This document shows positions 33,788 through 44,117 of a DNA stretch of 64,000 nucleotides, piece after piece. The stretch's first letter is position 1, and the number at the start of each line of letters is the position of its first letter. The notes beneath the pieces were generated by a model. The model did not search any database and was not told the DNA's origin. It worked only from the letters and a program-made list of their open reading frames with translations. The stretch spans positions 1-64,000 of the forward strand of contig JAWODC010000043.1 of the NCBI GenBank assembly GCA_046483495.1, written 5' to 3'. The DNA comes from Desulfobacterales bacterium (GTDB lineage Bacteria; Desulfobacterota; Desulfobacteria; Desulfobacterales; UBA5616). The position numbers and the translations under genes are program-made.

Positions 33788-36700
33788 TTACGATTCCTTA
33801 ACCTTTAATGCACCCTGATATACCGATCCCTCCTGACCGTCAATGCTGATAAAATCCCCGGATCTCAACAGCAGCTTCGGGAATTGGCAGGTCTTTTGCT
33901 TTTCGTTGCAAATCATCTCACCGCACCCGACGACACACACCTTCCCCAAACGATGTGCCACAACCGCAGCATGCGATGTCAAGCCGCCCCGCGCCGTCAA
34001 AATGCCGTCCGCCGCATAAATTTCTTTGATGTCATCCGGCACCGTGTCGGCTCGGATTAGGACAAGAGCCGTTTTCGGCTCCTTTTTGTGCCATTGGTCG
34101 ATTTCCTCTAGTGTAAATACAACCCTGCCCGCCATCGCCCCTCCACTTACGCCGATCCCATGACCGATGATGCTCTCCTCTGTAATGGCATCGTAATCGA
34201 ATGTAAACACCTTCTTCCTTTCCCGGATGGCCATATCGCGGGTTTGGAGAAGGTAAAGATCTTCCGGATCCGGACTTTCAAACGTAAATTCAATCTCCTG
34301 GGGGCTCCACCCATGACGATACACCAGTTCGTTGGCCCATTCCTTCAGTTCAAGATAAATGGCGGGAAAATGGGTTTCCAGGGTGATATCCGTTCCCCGC
34401 ATTTCAATATTTTGCTGGTTGAGGGAAATCGGCAGTGTATTGACGAGGCCTGAAACGACATCTTCACCCTGGTTTCCCAGTGTAAAATCACCCCAGAGCC
34501 GCAAGCTATCCTCGGACCACCGCGGGTTGTGAGTGAAAAATACGCCGCTGCCCGATTGGCGGGAAAGATTGCCGTAAACCATCTCCTGAACAGTGACGGC
34601 GGTGCCCCAGTCATCCGAAATGCCCATAATTTTCCGGAAAGCTCTGGCCTTGGGTGACTGCCAGGAATCGAGCACTTTTTTGATGATCATGTAGAGTTGT
34701 TCGAATGGATCTTCCAGTATCACCACCCCGTTGTCGAGGATGTATTCCCGATAGCTCAGCGCTGTCTCGTGCATCTGCTTCCCGGAAAAGTCACGTTTGA
34801 AAGGAATGCCCCATTTTTGTTTACAGCTGCTGATGATGGCATCGAAATTGTCCCTTTCAAGGCCGAAAGACATGCCGTAGCATTGAAGAAAACGGCGGTA
34901 ATTATCCCAGGCGAACCATTCATTTCCGCTTTTGCGGGCCATACCTTCGGTGATTTCCAGGTTCATTCCCACATCCAGGAATGTATCCATCATGCCGGGT
35001 TGGGAAATGGAAGATCCGCTGCGTACGGAGAAGAGCAGCGGTTTTTCGGTACTGCCGAAGCGTTTTCGCGTCTTTTCCTCGAGCCTGAGAATCTCGCGCA
35101 GGATCTGTTCCCTGAAATTTTGTTCGGCCGGACGATAACTCTCAATAATGTCCCTGCAGCGAAAAATCTCGGTGGTAATGATGAATCCCGGCGGAATCGG
35201 CAGCCCGAAGTCGTTTAATTTGACGAGGTTCAATCCCTTGTTGCCGAGGTATATAATGCCTTTTACCCGACTCCCGACATTATCGATGGTGGTGACGGCA
35301 TTGTCGGGGTCATAATTCAACAACAGGTGCAGGTTTTCCTTGAATAATTTCTCAGCCTGGTGAAAGAGCGTGTTCAAAATTCGGCTCAAAAACAGATCAA
35401 GCTGCTGAAGACCAAGTGAAAGGGCGATGCGGTCCCGAAAAAATATTTCGGATATGCGGTATTTCAACTTTTCCTGATCCGCAATGGGTACATTTGGAAG
35501 ATATTTTGGGAGAATGGCATTCGTACCGATCTGATCCAGAATACAGGTCAGATTCTGCTCATGAACATTGTTGAAGTAATCGTTGATGATGTTTTTTACC
35601 GCCTGTGCGAATCCCTTGAATATGTCGAGATACTGCGTAAAACTAAACCCTTTTATTTCCAGTGAATGCGCCAGAAAGTCCAGTTGCCGCTCGATTTCAA
35701 CCGACGAAATGCCGTCAACCTTCAATGCCCTCTCGAACATCCGGATACGGTCGTAAATCTGATAAAAGGTGGCCTTTGTAATCAACGTGAGATCGATGCT
35801 GTTAATCAGCTCTTCAAACAAGACGTTCAAATAGGATTCAATCCGCAGGGTCAGGCCCATGGCATCGAACTTCAGTTCATGATAACTTCCGTACATGGAT
35901 GGAATATCCACCGTAAAATGTCGCTTGTTGTAAATATCTTCCCTGATTTCATACGATTCCGGAGACAGGATCAAGTCTTTGAGCTGCTCGAGGTAATCCA
36001 GCAGCATCAGAATCTTTTTCTTCAGATCGGGCTCATTCAGCGCCGCTTTCACAGCCGCGATATCCGGGAAGGCCTCGCACTGAAGCTGATCCAGATAATT
36101 GTTCATTTCGACGAAATTCAAATTGTACTTCTGGCACAGCATTCGATACATTTCGATCGACAAGGCCGTTCGCTCCCGATCCCGCTCGAGAATGCCCGGG
36201 GCTTCATTCAACAGCGCCTTGAGCTCACTGCCCGATATCTTCAACAACCCACCGGGAATTTTCACCCCCTTTTCTTTCAGACAGGCGAATGCTTTAAATA
36301 CGCCGTCGATAAAGACACCGGTGGTTTCGATCTGGTTATAAATGCCGGGAGGGACATAAGGGGCAAGTCCACGTTTGTCCCGGGTGCTGAAATAGTCCAG
36401 CACCGCTTCCATGAAGCCGATCATACGATTGCTGCTCTCCACGTGGCTCTGCTTGCGCAGAAAATGAATCAGCACATCCTTCCGGTGCGTGATTTCATCA
36501 ATTTGGGTGGATATTTCCCGGAGTTTTCCTTCAGCCCCGATCTCGTTAAAGAAAACCGGAAATATTCTGACCAGCTGCTTGATCAGATTATACACCGGAT
36601 CGATATTGCTGTTGAGCAGGTGGGTGACATCTCTGGGAAACAGATCGGTGTCCTTTATGAAAACCCCGCTTAAGGACAAATGGATGATCAGGTAGGAAAT

Positions 36701-37993
36701 CAGCCGTGTGGACCATTTGGGGTTAAGCTTGATAAGCTCCATCCAGGTTCTGATGTTCTGAATGTGCGCTGTATTGGCCTGAATCTGCCAATCGTTGCCG
36801 ACCCCTGAAATGCACGGATACTGAAAGCCTAAATCGATGACCGAATCAATAAAAAATTTGATCAGATCCATATCATCCGTCTGGTACACACCTTTTCCTA
36901 CATTCAAAATGCAGTTTAAGGCCGTAACCGGAAATGAAACGGTCTGTTCTTTGAGAATGGAGAACGTTTTTCCAATCAGCTTATGAATCCTGCTGGGCGG
37001 CTCACGGCTGATCAGCCAGGTCAGTGAACGGTTGATTTCTCTCAGTGTTTCCTCATGAATAGAGAAAAGGCCTGAAATATTCATGATATAGAACAGAAAA
37101 ATCACCTTCCACTGGTTGCCCTTGCCGCTGCTTTCACCGATTTTGAGCAGTCTTACGGGAATCCGCCGGTACATCTCGACGATGTCATTGTGATCATGCA
37201 GCGCGAGTAATTTTTGAAGCACCTCCTGTGGGTTCGGATGCGTCTCTTGAAAGATGCCGTCGACGGCATCTCTAAATTGCATCAGCGATTGATGAGAAAC
37301 CTTTTCGAAGGCTGTTTCTATCTCGGCAAGTCCGCGGATTTCGGCCTCCTGGCAGAACCAATGGCAGGGATCGTCTATTTTCAGCCAGTAGTCGTAGGTA
37401 ACCTGGAAACAACGGGTCAACAGACGATTCACAGGCATAAGGTCGATTTCGTTTTCCTTGCTGTAATTGAGCAGCAGTTCCCCATGCCGGGCAATGGAAT
37501 AGTAACTCTGTGCAAACAGCAGAAATTGATCATCGGGAAGATAGGTGATCCGGTTGAAAATATGGTTGATCACCGGCATAAAACGACAGATATCATCCTG
37601 TGCTTCGGTAATAATTTTCAGAAGAAAAAGCAACAGCGCATCCGAGCTGTCGTTACGGACTTCGATATTGCCGTCGCTTCTAAGCGCCTGCTCGAAAATA
37701 TCAGCGAAAATAGCTGCGGCTTCGGGCCCGTCTTCATGATTCTTTAAGAGGTGGAAATAGTCGAGCGAATAGCCTCTGGCTTCTTTGATGATGAACTGCC
37801 AGTTCTTGTACGGGTGGGAAAGTTCTTTTAAAAAAGTGTTGAAACCATCCATCAACCCATAGTATTTTGACATAATTTCCTGTAATACAATATACTTGGA
37901 GTCAATGGCGACATCTACATGATAATCGGCCAGATTTACTTCAAGGGCTTTTGACTTTATCTGCAAAATGCTCTCTCCGGTCCTCTGATACAT
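33788..37993 (-). CDS. PPDK-like dikinase: ~900-aa unknown N-terminus + ATP-grasp nucleotide-binding domain + phospho-His domain, no pyruvate/PEP-binding domain
   Basis: LGNKG..GLPIPPGF, SVRSG..PGMMDT, GTAVTVQEMVYGN, QGEDVVSG, EIEFT..LLQTR, GGLTSHAAVVA; protein ends just after GDFISIDG. Confidence 0.85.
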   Translation of the reverse strand: MYQRTGESILQIKSKALEVNLADYHVDVAIDSKYIVLQEIMSKYYGLMDGFNTFLKELSHPYKNWQFIIKEARGYSLDYFHLLKNHEDGPEAAAIFADIFEQALRSDGNIEVRNDSSDALLLFLLKIITEAQDDICRFMPVINHIFNRITYLPDDQFLLFAQSYYSIARHGELLLNYSKENEIDLMPVNRLLTRCFQVTYDYWLKIDDPCHWFCQEAEIRGLAEIETAFEKVSHQSLMQFRDAVDGIFQETHPNPQEVLQKLLALHDHNDIVEMYRRIPVRLLKIGESSGKGNQWKVIFLFYIMNISGLFSIHEETLREINRSLTWLISREPPSRIHKLIGKTFSILKEQTVSFPVTALNCILNVGKGVYQTDDMDLIKFFIDSVIDLGFQYPCISGVGNDWQIQANTAHIQNIRTWMELIKLNPKWSTRLISYLIIHLSLSGVFIKDTDLFPRDVTHLLNSNIDPVYNLIKQLVRIFPVFFNEIGAEGKLREISTQIDEITHRKDVLIHFLRKQSHVESSNRMIGFMEAVLDYFSTRDKRGLAPYVPPGIYNQIETTGVFIDGVFKAFACLKEKGVKIPGGLLKISGSELKALLNEAPGILERDRERTALSIEMYRMLCQKYNLNFVEMNNYLDQLQCEAFPDIAAVKAALNEPDLKKKILMLLDYLEQLKDLILSPESYEIREDIYNKRHFTVDIPSMYGSYHELKFDAMGLTLRIESYLNVLFEELINSIDLTLITKATFYQIYDRIRMFERALKVDGISSVEIERQLDFLAHSLEIKGFSFTQYLDIFKGFAQAVKNIINDYFNNVHEQNLTCILDQIGTNAILPKYLPNVPIADQEKLKYRISEIFFRDRIALSLGLQQLDLFLSRILNTLFHQAEKLFKENLHLLLNYDPDNAVTTIDNVGSRVKGIIYLGNKGLNLVKLNDFGLPIPPGFIITTEIFRCRDIIESYRPAEQNFREQILREILRLEEKTRKRFGSTEKPLLFSVRSGSSISQPGMMDTFLDVGMNLEITEGMARKSGNEWFAWDNYRRFLQCYGMSFGLERDNFDAIISSCKQKWGIPFKRDFSGKQMHETALSYREYILDNGVVILEDPFEQLYMIIKKVLDSWQSPKARAFRKIMGISDDWGTAVTVQEMVYGNLSRQSGSGVFFTHNPRWSEDSLRLWGDFTLGNQGEDVVSGLVNTLPISLNQQNIEMRGTDITLETHFPAIYLELKEWANELVYRHGWSPQEIEFTFESPDPEDLYLLQTRDMAIRERKKVFTFDYDAITEESIIGHGIGVSGGAMAGRVVFTLEEIDQWHKKEPKTALVLIRADTVPDDIKEIYAADGILTARGGLTSHAAVVAHRLGKVCVVGCGEMICNEKQKTCQFPKLLLRSGDFISIDGQEGSVYQGALKVKES

Positions 37994-38058
37994 GATTCGG
38001 CGTTAACCGCCGTCCGCATAGGCACGGCCTATCACCCACATGCAGGATAACTAAAAAA

Positions 38059-38124
38059 TGTCAACGGTCAGCCGACCGGTGAGAAGCACCGTGTCAACGG
38101 TCAGCCGACCGGTGAGAAGCACCG
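38059..38124. repeat. Exact 33-bp tandem duplication overlapping a hairpin
   Basis: TGTCAACGGTCAGCCGACCGGTGAGAAGCACCG x2. Confidence 0.9.
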
Positions 38125-38315
38125 GTCGTTCAGATAACCTTGATTATTTTAGTATAAACAGTGCGGAAAGACAATATGTATCGGATGGTGTAGAACGATT
38201 TGCGCTGAAACGGCATGTTTCAACCCGGACGTTTCAGCGAAAAAGAATTCGGCCTGCGCCGGATCGAATGTTTGATTGGATAGTCAATAGGCGGGAAGTA
38301 CCGAGCTGCGAAAAC

Positions 38316-38339
38316 GGCCGGATTCATACAAATCCGGCC
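38316..38339 (-). terminator. Possible terminator after rnfB
   Basis: 9-bp stem GGCCGGATT/AATCCGGCC with short T tract (GTTTT) on the minus strand. Confidence 0.45.
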
Positions 38340-38370
38340 ATAACGACCATCATAAAAGATATGCAATGGA

Positions 38371-39282
38371 TCAACCCCACCACTTGGTATCGTCCACGGT
38401 GGTTTTGAATTCGGGTTCCACGACATCGGGAATCTCCCGGTCACCGACTGCAGCAAGATCACTCTCCGACGGTTTGCCGATGAATACCAAACTCTTGCGG
38501 GGGCATTTTTCGACCGCCTTCAGCGCATCTTCCATATCATCGGGATCGTAGGCATCATAATCAATTGCAGCAAGATTGTCATTGATCGTGAACAGGTTTG
38601 AAACGCGGGAACAGGCTTTACAGCCGATGCATCCGACCGTGCAAACCTCCCTGACTTCCCTGGCTGAATCTTTATTCGAGCAGGTAATCGCCAGAACCCG
38701 ATCCGCCTTGAACGGCACCATGGATATTATGTTTCGGGGACAGACCTTATGGCAGGCCCCGCATCCGACGCATTTTTCATAATCCACCACCGCCAGTCCC
38801 TCGATGACATGAATGGCGTCATAATCACATTCGGCTTCACAATCCCCAAACCCGAGACAGCCGTAAATACATCCCTGAATATCGGACACGAGATTGGCGG
38901 CCCGACAATTGGGTTCACCTTTATAAGGGGTGCGCTTCAGCCGGTCTTCGGTCTTTGCGCCGCAATGGACCACCGGACGGACAGGGTAGTTCGCACCTGC
39001 CTCCACCCCCATGATGTCGGCAAGAACCCCTGCACAGTTCGCTCCTCCGACCGTGCACTTGTTCACCGGCGCCCCGTCTGTTGCCACCGCCTCGGCATAT
39101 TCATAACACCCTACGTATCCGCATCCACCACAATTGGCGCCGGGCAGTGCGTCCATCACCTGCTCCACGCGGGGATCTGTTTCAACGTGGAAGGCCTGAT
39201 TCGCCCATCCCAAGATATATGAAAATACGACCGCCATGGCCACAAGGGTCCCGGCGGAAAGTCCGATTGTCACCCAGGTCAT
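38371..39282 (-). CDS. rnfB: Rnf complex subunit B (ferredoxin-binding)
   Basis: TM anchor, LPGANCGGCGYVGC, multiple CxxCxxCxxxCP-type clusters. Confidence 0.93.
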   Translation of the reverse strand: MTWVTIGLSAGTLVAMAVVFSYILGWANQAFHVETDPRVEQVMDALPGANCGGCGYVGCYEYAEAVATDGAPVNKCTVGGANCAGVLADIMGVEAGANYPVRPVVHCGAKTEDRLKRTPYKGEPNCRAANLVSDIQGCIYGCLGFGDCEAECDYDAIHVIEGLAVVDYEKCVGCGACHKVCPRNIISMVPFKADRVLAITCSNKDSAREVREVCTVGCIGCKACSRVSNLFTINDNLAAIDYDAYDPDDMEDALKAVEKCPRKSLVFIGKPSESDLAAVGDREIPDVVEPEFKTTVDDTKWWG

Positions 39283-39369
39283 CTGTAAACCTCGTTCAGG
39301 ATATAAAATATATCAAAATACCAGAATTCATGGCTTATGTAAACCGTTGGATATATCCAATATATCCGA

Positions 39370-40074
39370 TTATCCAAGATCCGCCAAAGCCCGCTGCAAT
39401 CCGGTATCCACACCGGTAAATCCCATGAACGCCAACGCCAGAATTCCACCGATCACAAGCGTTATCGCCGCACCCTGAAACGGCTTGGGAATATCACACA
39501 ATTCGATTTCTTCCCGAATCCCGGCCATGATTACGATGGCGATGGTAAACCCCACACCGCCGAAAACGGCCAGCGTCAACGACCGCCCCAGGTCCCAGGC
39601 TTCGGAGGGGTCATCCACCCCCACGATGTTGCTCATGATCTTCAAACAGGCGAATAGAATAGCGCAGTTGGTGGTAATCAGCGGCAAAAACACACCAAAG
39701 GACTTGTACAGCAGGGGAAAGAACTTCCTTACATACATCTCCACAAACTGCACCGAGGAGGATATGGCAAAAATATAAACGATGTAGCTTAGAATCGTCA
39801 GGTCGATTTCAGCCGCAGTTTCGGCCGATACAAAAAAACCGGCGATCCAGCGGGAAAGCGGTGCGCCGGGCATTAACACGAAAGTCGTTATGGTCCAGCT
39901 GAGAATTGCCGCAATCGAAATTACGAAAGTAACCGCAAGCCCCATACCGACGGCCATTTCCACCTTTCGGGACACGCCGATAAAGGGGCAAATGCCGACA
40001 AAGTAATACAAGACAAAGTTATTGATCAATGCCGCCCCTAAAGCGATCAGCACCAAATCAATCAGGTATCCCAT
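39370..40074 (-). CDS. rnfA: Rnf complex subunit A
   Basis: [31 protein letters not shown]. Confidence 0.93.
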   Translation of the reverse strand: MGYLIDLVLIALGAALINNFVLYYFVGICPFIGVSRKVEMAVGMGLAVTFVISIAAILSWTITTFVLMPGAPLSRWIAGFFVSAETAAEIDLTILSYIVYIFAISSSVQFVEMYVRKFFPLLYKSFGVFLPLITTNCAILFACLKIMSNIVGVDDPSEAWDLGRSLTLAVFGGVGFTIAIVIMAGIREEIELCDIPKPFQGAAITLVIGGILALAFMGFTGVDTGLQRALADLG

Positions 40075-40076
40075 AT

Positions 40077-40700
40077 TTATGCGCCTCCTTTATCGCTGCT
40101 GACTCGGGAACTGATCCAGTTGACGGCACCCAGAAGAAGCCCGAAGGTCAGAAAAGCACCCGGCGGCAGTACCATGATGACCCAATCCGGCCATGCCTCG
40201 GGCAGCACGCGCAAACCGAAAAACATGCCCGTGCCGAGAATTTCACGGACCATGGCGATGCTGGACAATGCAATGGCGAACCCGATGGACTGCCCCAAGG
40301 CGTCCGAAGCCGCCGTAACCACCCCCTGCCGCGAAGCGCATACCTCGCACCGGCATATAATGATGCAGTTTACAATAATCAACGGGACATACGGCCCCAG
40401 GGTTTTGCTCATCTGGTACATGTAAGCCGCCAAAAAACGGTCCGCAATCGTAACGAATGTCGCGATGGTCAACGTAAAAATAACAATTCTCAAATGGGGT
40501 TTCAGCAGGTTACGGATCAGACTGGTCATCACGTTGGCACTCAACAGGACGAATGCCACAGCCGCAGACATGGTGATGGCGGCCTTCATACTGTTGGTTA
40601 CGGCCAATGTGGGGCAAAGGCCCAGTAATTGGCGGTAAACCGGATTCTCCGGCAAAATGCCTTGAACAAATCGTTCCATGGATGTCGGTTTATCTGCCAT
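40077..40700 (-). CDS. rnfE: Rnf complex subunit E
   Basis: [39 protein letters not shown]. Confidence 0.93.
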   Translation of the reverse strand: MADKPTSMERFVQGILPENPVYRQLLGLCPTLAVTNSMKAAITMSAAVAFVLLSANVMTSLIRNLLKPHLRIVIFTLTIATFVTIADRFLAAYMYQMSKTLGPYVPLIIVNCIIICRCEVCASRQGVVTAASDALGQSIGFAIALSSIAMVREILGTGMFFGLRVLPEAWPDWVIMVLPPGAFLTFGLLLGAVNWISSRVSSDKGGA

Positions 40701-40767
40701 TGATATACCCTTATAGGCTTGAGGCGTTTAGACCGGCCGTAAAGAACACGGCCTAAATACCCGCATT

Positions 40768-41367
40768 CTAATCTGTCAGAGGCCCTTTCAAGTCATTGAC
40801 GGCCGAATTTACGATGCCCGCGACAGTCCGGGAGGAAATCGTAGCGCCGGTAATGGCGTTGATTTCATTTTCATTCTCTGCACCGGTTTTCACCACCTCC
40901 AGCGGCCTCGTTGTAGACTTGTTTTCAAACTGCCCCCGCCAGGACGGTTCGATGATCTTGTTGCCCAAACCGGGAGTTTCTTTCTGATCGAGAACAAATA
41001 CACCCGTAATGGTCTGAAGGGCCGGGTCAAAACCGATTAAAAGCTCGATCTTGTCCGCATATCCCTGTCCGCCGGATTTGGCCACCCATCCAACGGGTCG
41101 GCCGTCCACAAATGCCTGGAAAACATTGTAAATGGTCTTTTTTCCGTTTTTTTCCACTTCGATGGTTTTTGGCTCAACATTGACTTTTGGCTGTTCGCCG
41201 GCAGGCACTTCGACAAGTTCCGGAACTTTCTGCCGGGTTTCATTTATTTTATTGGTTTCGATGGTCGGCCCCAACACCATCTGCACACCTGCGAGAGCAC
41301 CGCCGAAAAGGAGCGCCAGCATCAACACAAGCCAGGCTTGAACAATTTTATTTTTGCTTAGTTCCAT
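40768..41367 (-). CDS. rnfG: Rnf complex subunit G (FMN-binding)
   Basis: GY.DKI, ETPGLG, AITGATISS flavinylation motif. Confidence 0.93.
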   Translation of the reverse strand: MELSKNKIVQAWLVLMLALLFGGALAGVQMVLGPTIETNKINETRQKVPELVEVPAGEQPKVNVEPKTIEVEKNGKKTIYNVFQAFVDGRPVGWVAKSGGQGYADKIELLIGFDPALQTITGVFVLDQKETPGLGNKIIEPSWRGQFENKSTTRPLEVVKTGAENENEINAITGATISSRTVAGIVNSAVNDLKGPLTD

Positions 41368-41376
41368 ATCAGTCTA

Positions 41377-42372
41377 TCAAAAACCTCCGAACGGCTCGGG
41401 AATAAACTTCTGATTGATCAGCGGCGTAACGGCATTCATGATCAACACGGCGAACATAACCCCCTCGGGATAGCCGGAAAACAGCCGGAGAACCATTACC
41501 AGAAATCCCACGCCTATGCCGAAAACCCATTTCCCTTTCGGTGTGACCGGACTGGTCACCGGATCGGTGGCGATAAAAAAAGCACCGAACAGCAAGGCGC
41601 CGCCGAAGACGTGGTGCAGCACCGTCCAGCCGCTTTCCGGTGAAATGATATTTTGAATGGCGCCGATAACGACAACGGACAAGATGATGCCCGCCGGAAT
41701 CTCCCAGGAGGCGGTGCGTCGAAGGCAAAGATAAATTCCCCCGATAAGGCAGGCGATTGCACTTGTTTCACCCAGAGAACCGTTGGTCATTCCCCAGAAC
41801 AGGGCACCTAAAGGCGGCACATTCCCGCTTTGTTTGAAGGCATCCATGGGAGTCGCCTGGCTGATGACATCCACCCCTCCGGTAGCGGACTCATACCCGG
41901 ATGCGGCCATAGCCCCGGCAAATGCGATCATTACGAACGCCCTTCCTACCATAGCGGGATTGAAAATGTTCATGCCCAGCCCCCCGAAAAGCACCTTTCC
42001 GATGCCGATCGCCGTAAATGAGGCGATCACCCCGATGTACCAAGGGGCGGTCCCCGGAAGGGACAAGGCCAGAATCAGCGCGGTGACGGCTGCGGAAAAG
42101 TCCATCAGGCTCAACGGTTTTTTGCGCATCCAAACAAAAAGCACCTCAGCCGTAAGGCACCCGGCCAGACAAATCAGGATCTGCTTTACAGCATACCCCC
42201 GGAAGAGGCAAACTGACATGATTACCACGGGCATCAGCCCGATGAGGACGTCTATCATCATCCGTCGCGTGGTTATCGATGTATGGGAAAGATGCGGCGC
42301 AGGCGCCACATGAATGACCGACGAGGACGTATCCGTTGCACTCTCCACTTTCCGCGTTGACTCCGAAATCAT
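41377..42372 (-). CDS. rnfD: Rnf complex subunit D
   Basis: APH, FGGLGMNIFNPA, SQATP, GSLGETS, ATDPVTSP, YPEG. Confidence 0.95.
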   Translation of the reverse strand: MISESTRKVESATDTSSSVIHVAPAPHLSHTSITTRRMMIDVLIGLMPVVIMSVCLFRGYAVKQILICLAGCLTAEVLFVWMRKKPLSLMDFSAAVTALILALSLPGTAPWYIGVIASFTAIGIGKVLFGGLGMNIFNPAMVGRAFVMIAFAGAMAASGYESATGGVDVISQATPMDAFKQSGNVPPLGALFWGMTNGSLGETSAIACLIGGIYLCLRRTASWEIPAGIILSVVVIGAIQNIISPESGWTVLHHVFGGALLFGAFFIATDPVTSPVTPKGKWVFGIGVGFLVMVLRLFSGYPEGVMFAVLIMNAVTPLINQKFIPEPFGGF

Positions 42373-42384
42373 TACATCAACCCC

Positions 42385-43743
42385 TTATCGCCTTGCCGCG
42401 GCCATTGTTTTTCCCATCCGAATGAGCTGCACCAACGGGATGTTGGCCGGGCAGACGTACGCACAGCTGCCGCATTCAAAACAGGCTGTTATATGATATT
42501 TCCAGGCCAGTGAAATATCCTTGTTCCGAGCTGCCAGTGCACACCGGGTGGGGACCAGATTCATCGGACACACGTCCACGCAGCGACCGCACCGTATACA
42601 GGCGGTTTCCGATTCTTTTCTTACATCGTTTTCGGTCAGAACGGTGACTCCGCTGGTGCCCTTGGTGACCGGCGTATCGAGATTCGAAAAAGCAAACCCC
42701 ATCATGGGTCCGCCGGATATCACCCGGGCGGCATTCTCCCGGAGCCCTCCGCAAAAGTCGATCAGCTCCCGGTACGATACACCCAACGGAGCGAATATAT
42801 TCTTGGGTGTTCGAATGCCTCCGCCGGTGACGCAAACGACCCGGTGCGTCAGCGGCATGTTTCTGAAGACGGCTCGGGAAACCGCCGTTGCCGTGGCTAC
42901 GTTCATCACCACAACCCCTACGTTCAGCGGCAGAAGGCCCACGGGGACCTCACGGTTCAATACCGCTTTGATCAACTGTTTTTCACTGCCTTGAGGATAT
43001 TTTGTCTTCAATACCGCAATCGTAATCCCGGTGCCGCGCGCCGCTTGCTGAAGCACGGAAACGGCCGACGGCTTATTGTCCTCTATGCCGATAAATATCT
43101 TTTTGGCCCCTGTTGCCCGAGCCGCGAGCAGTGCACCTGTAACGATGGGATGGGGTGCTTCCAGCATCAGGCGATAATCGCAGGTCAGATAGGGTTCACA
43201 TTCACAGCCGTTTACCAGGACGGCGTCGATTGCATTCTTTTCATTGGGAGCGAATTTGACGTGGGTGGGAAAAGCCGCACCCCCCATACCCACGATGCCG
43301 GCGTTATGAATGGCTTCGAGAATCTGCTGGGGTCTGTATGCCTCAACTTGATCGACCGGCCATTCGCCGGTGCACAAGTCCTCGAACACGGAATTTCCTT
43401 CGTTGTCGCCTTCCGTCGCCTTTATTGGAATTGCCTGGACATGTCTTCCGTTGGGAAGTGTCGTAGCCGTGGTTTTCTGGACAACGCCGGAAATGGACGC
43501 GTGAATGGAAGCGCTGACAAACCCTTTGCCCTTGGCCACCATTTGACCGAAGACCACTTCTTCTTTGGCCTTGACCAACGGCTCACAGGGTGCGCCGATG
43601 TGCTGGATCAGGGGAAGAAGGACCCTTCCGGGTCTTTTCAAAACCTCAATGGGTGCTTCGGCGGCCAATTCCTTATGCTCAGGCGGATGAACGCCGTGGG
43701 CAAATGTGCGCCGTCCGATGACTTCCTTTTGGGCAAGCCCCAT
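42385..43743 (-). CDS. rnfC: Rnf complex subunit C
   Basis: QHIGAP, GIVGMGGAAFPT, ECEPYLT, YPQGSEK, GGPMMG, two 4Fe-4S motifs. Confidence 0.95.
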   Translation of the reverse strand: MGLAQKEVIGRRTFAHGVHPPEHKELAAEAPIEVLKRPGRVLLPLIQHIGAPCEPLVKAKEEVVFGQMVAKGKGFVSASIHASISGVVQKTTATTLPNGRHVQAIPIKATEGDNEGNSVFEDLCTGEWPVDQVEAYRPQQILEAIHNAGIVGMGGAAFPTHVKFAPNEKNAIDAVLVNGCECEPYLTCDYRLMLEAPHPIVTGALLAARATGAKKIFIGIEDNKPSAVSVLQQAARGTGITIAVLKTKYPQGSEKQLIKAVLNREVPVGLLPLNVGVVVMNVATATAVSRAVFRNMPLTHRVVCVTGGGIRTPKNIFAPLGVSYRELIDFCGGLRENAARVISGGPMMGFAFSNLDTPVTKGTSGVTVLTENDVRKESETACIRCGRCVDVCPMNLVPTRCALAARNKDISLAWKYHITACFECGSCAYVCPANIPLVQLIRMGKTMAAARR

Positions 43744-43831
43744 TCATTCTCCTTCCTTTTTTAAAGCAAAACCGAGAAATTAAGATGGAAAAAAACTTAA
43801 AAACTCAGGTGTTTTTTCAAGAAATTCGGGT

Positions 43832-43859
43832 ATTATAATGGAACAGCGCGGACTGTCAA
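43832..43859 (-). promoter_or_regulatory. Sigma70 promoter of the rnf operon
   Basis: Perfect TTGACA-16 bp-TATAAT on the minus strand ~90 bp upstream of rnfC. Confidence 0.7.
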
Positions 43860-44117
43860 TAAAAAGTTTTTTTTCAATTTACCGAATGGTCCTTCAGCAA
43901 AAAAAGGCCGGATTTCCTTGAATTTCATGCTGTTTTCTGTTAAAAAAACAGGCAAATTCGTATCCTGATATCATGCGGGGCGTGGGTTCTTGAAAGATCG
44001 ACCGGCAAACCTTTCGACCGACGTTCCAGATGCCAGTCAATCCTATTTCATTGTATTCTATCCATTGCCCCCGGATTTATCGATAACCCTGACCGAAGAT
44101 TTGAAAGGGGAAATGCC

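Noticed and set aside
38059..38124. CRISPR-like repeat (33 bp, palindromic)
   Set aside because: Only two copies, directly abutting with no spacer, and no cas genes.
43744..44117. Rex operator upstream of rnf
   Set aside because: No convincing TTGTGAA-N4-TTCACAA-like palindrome seen.
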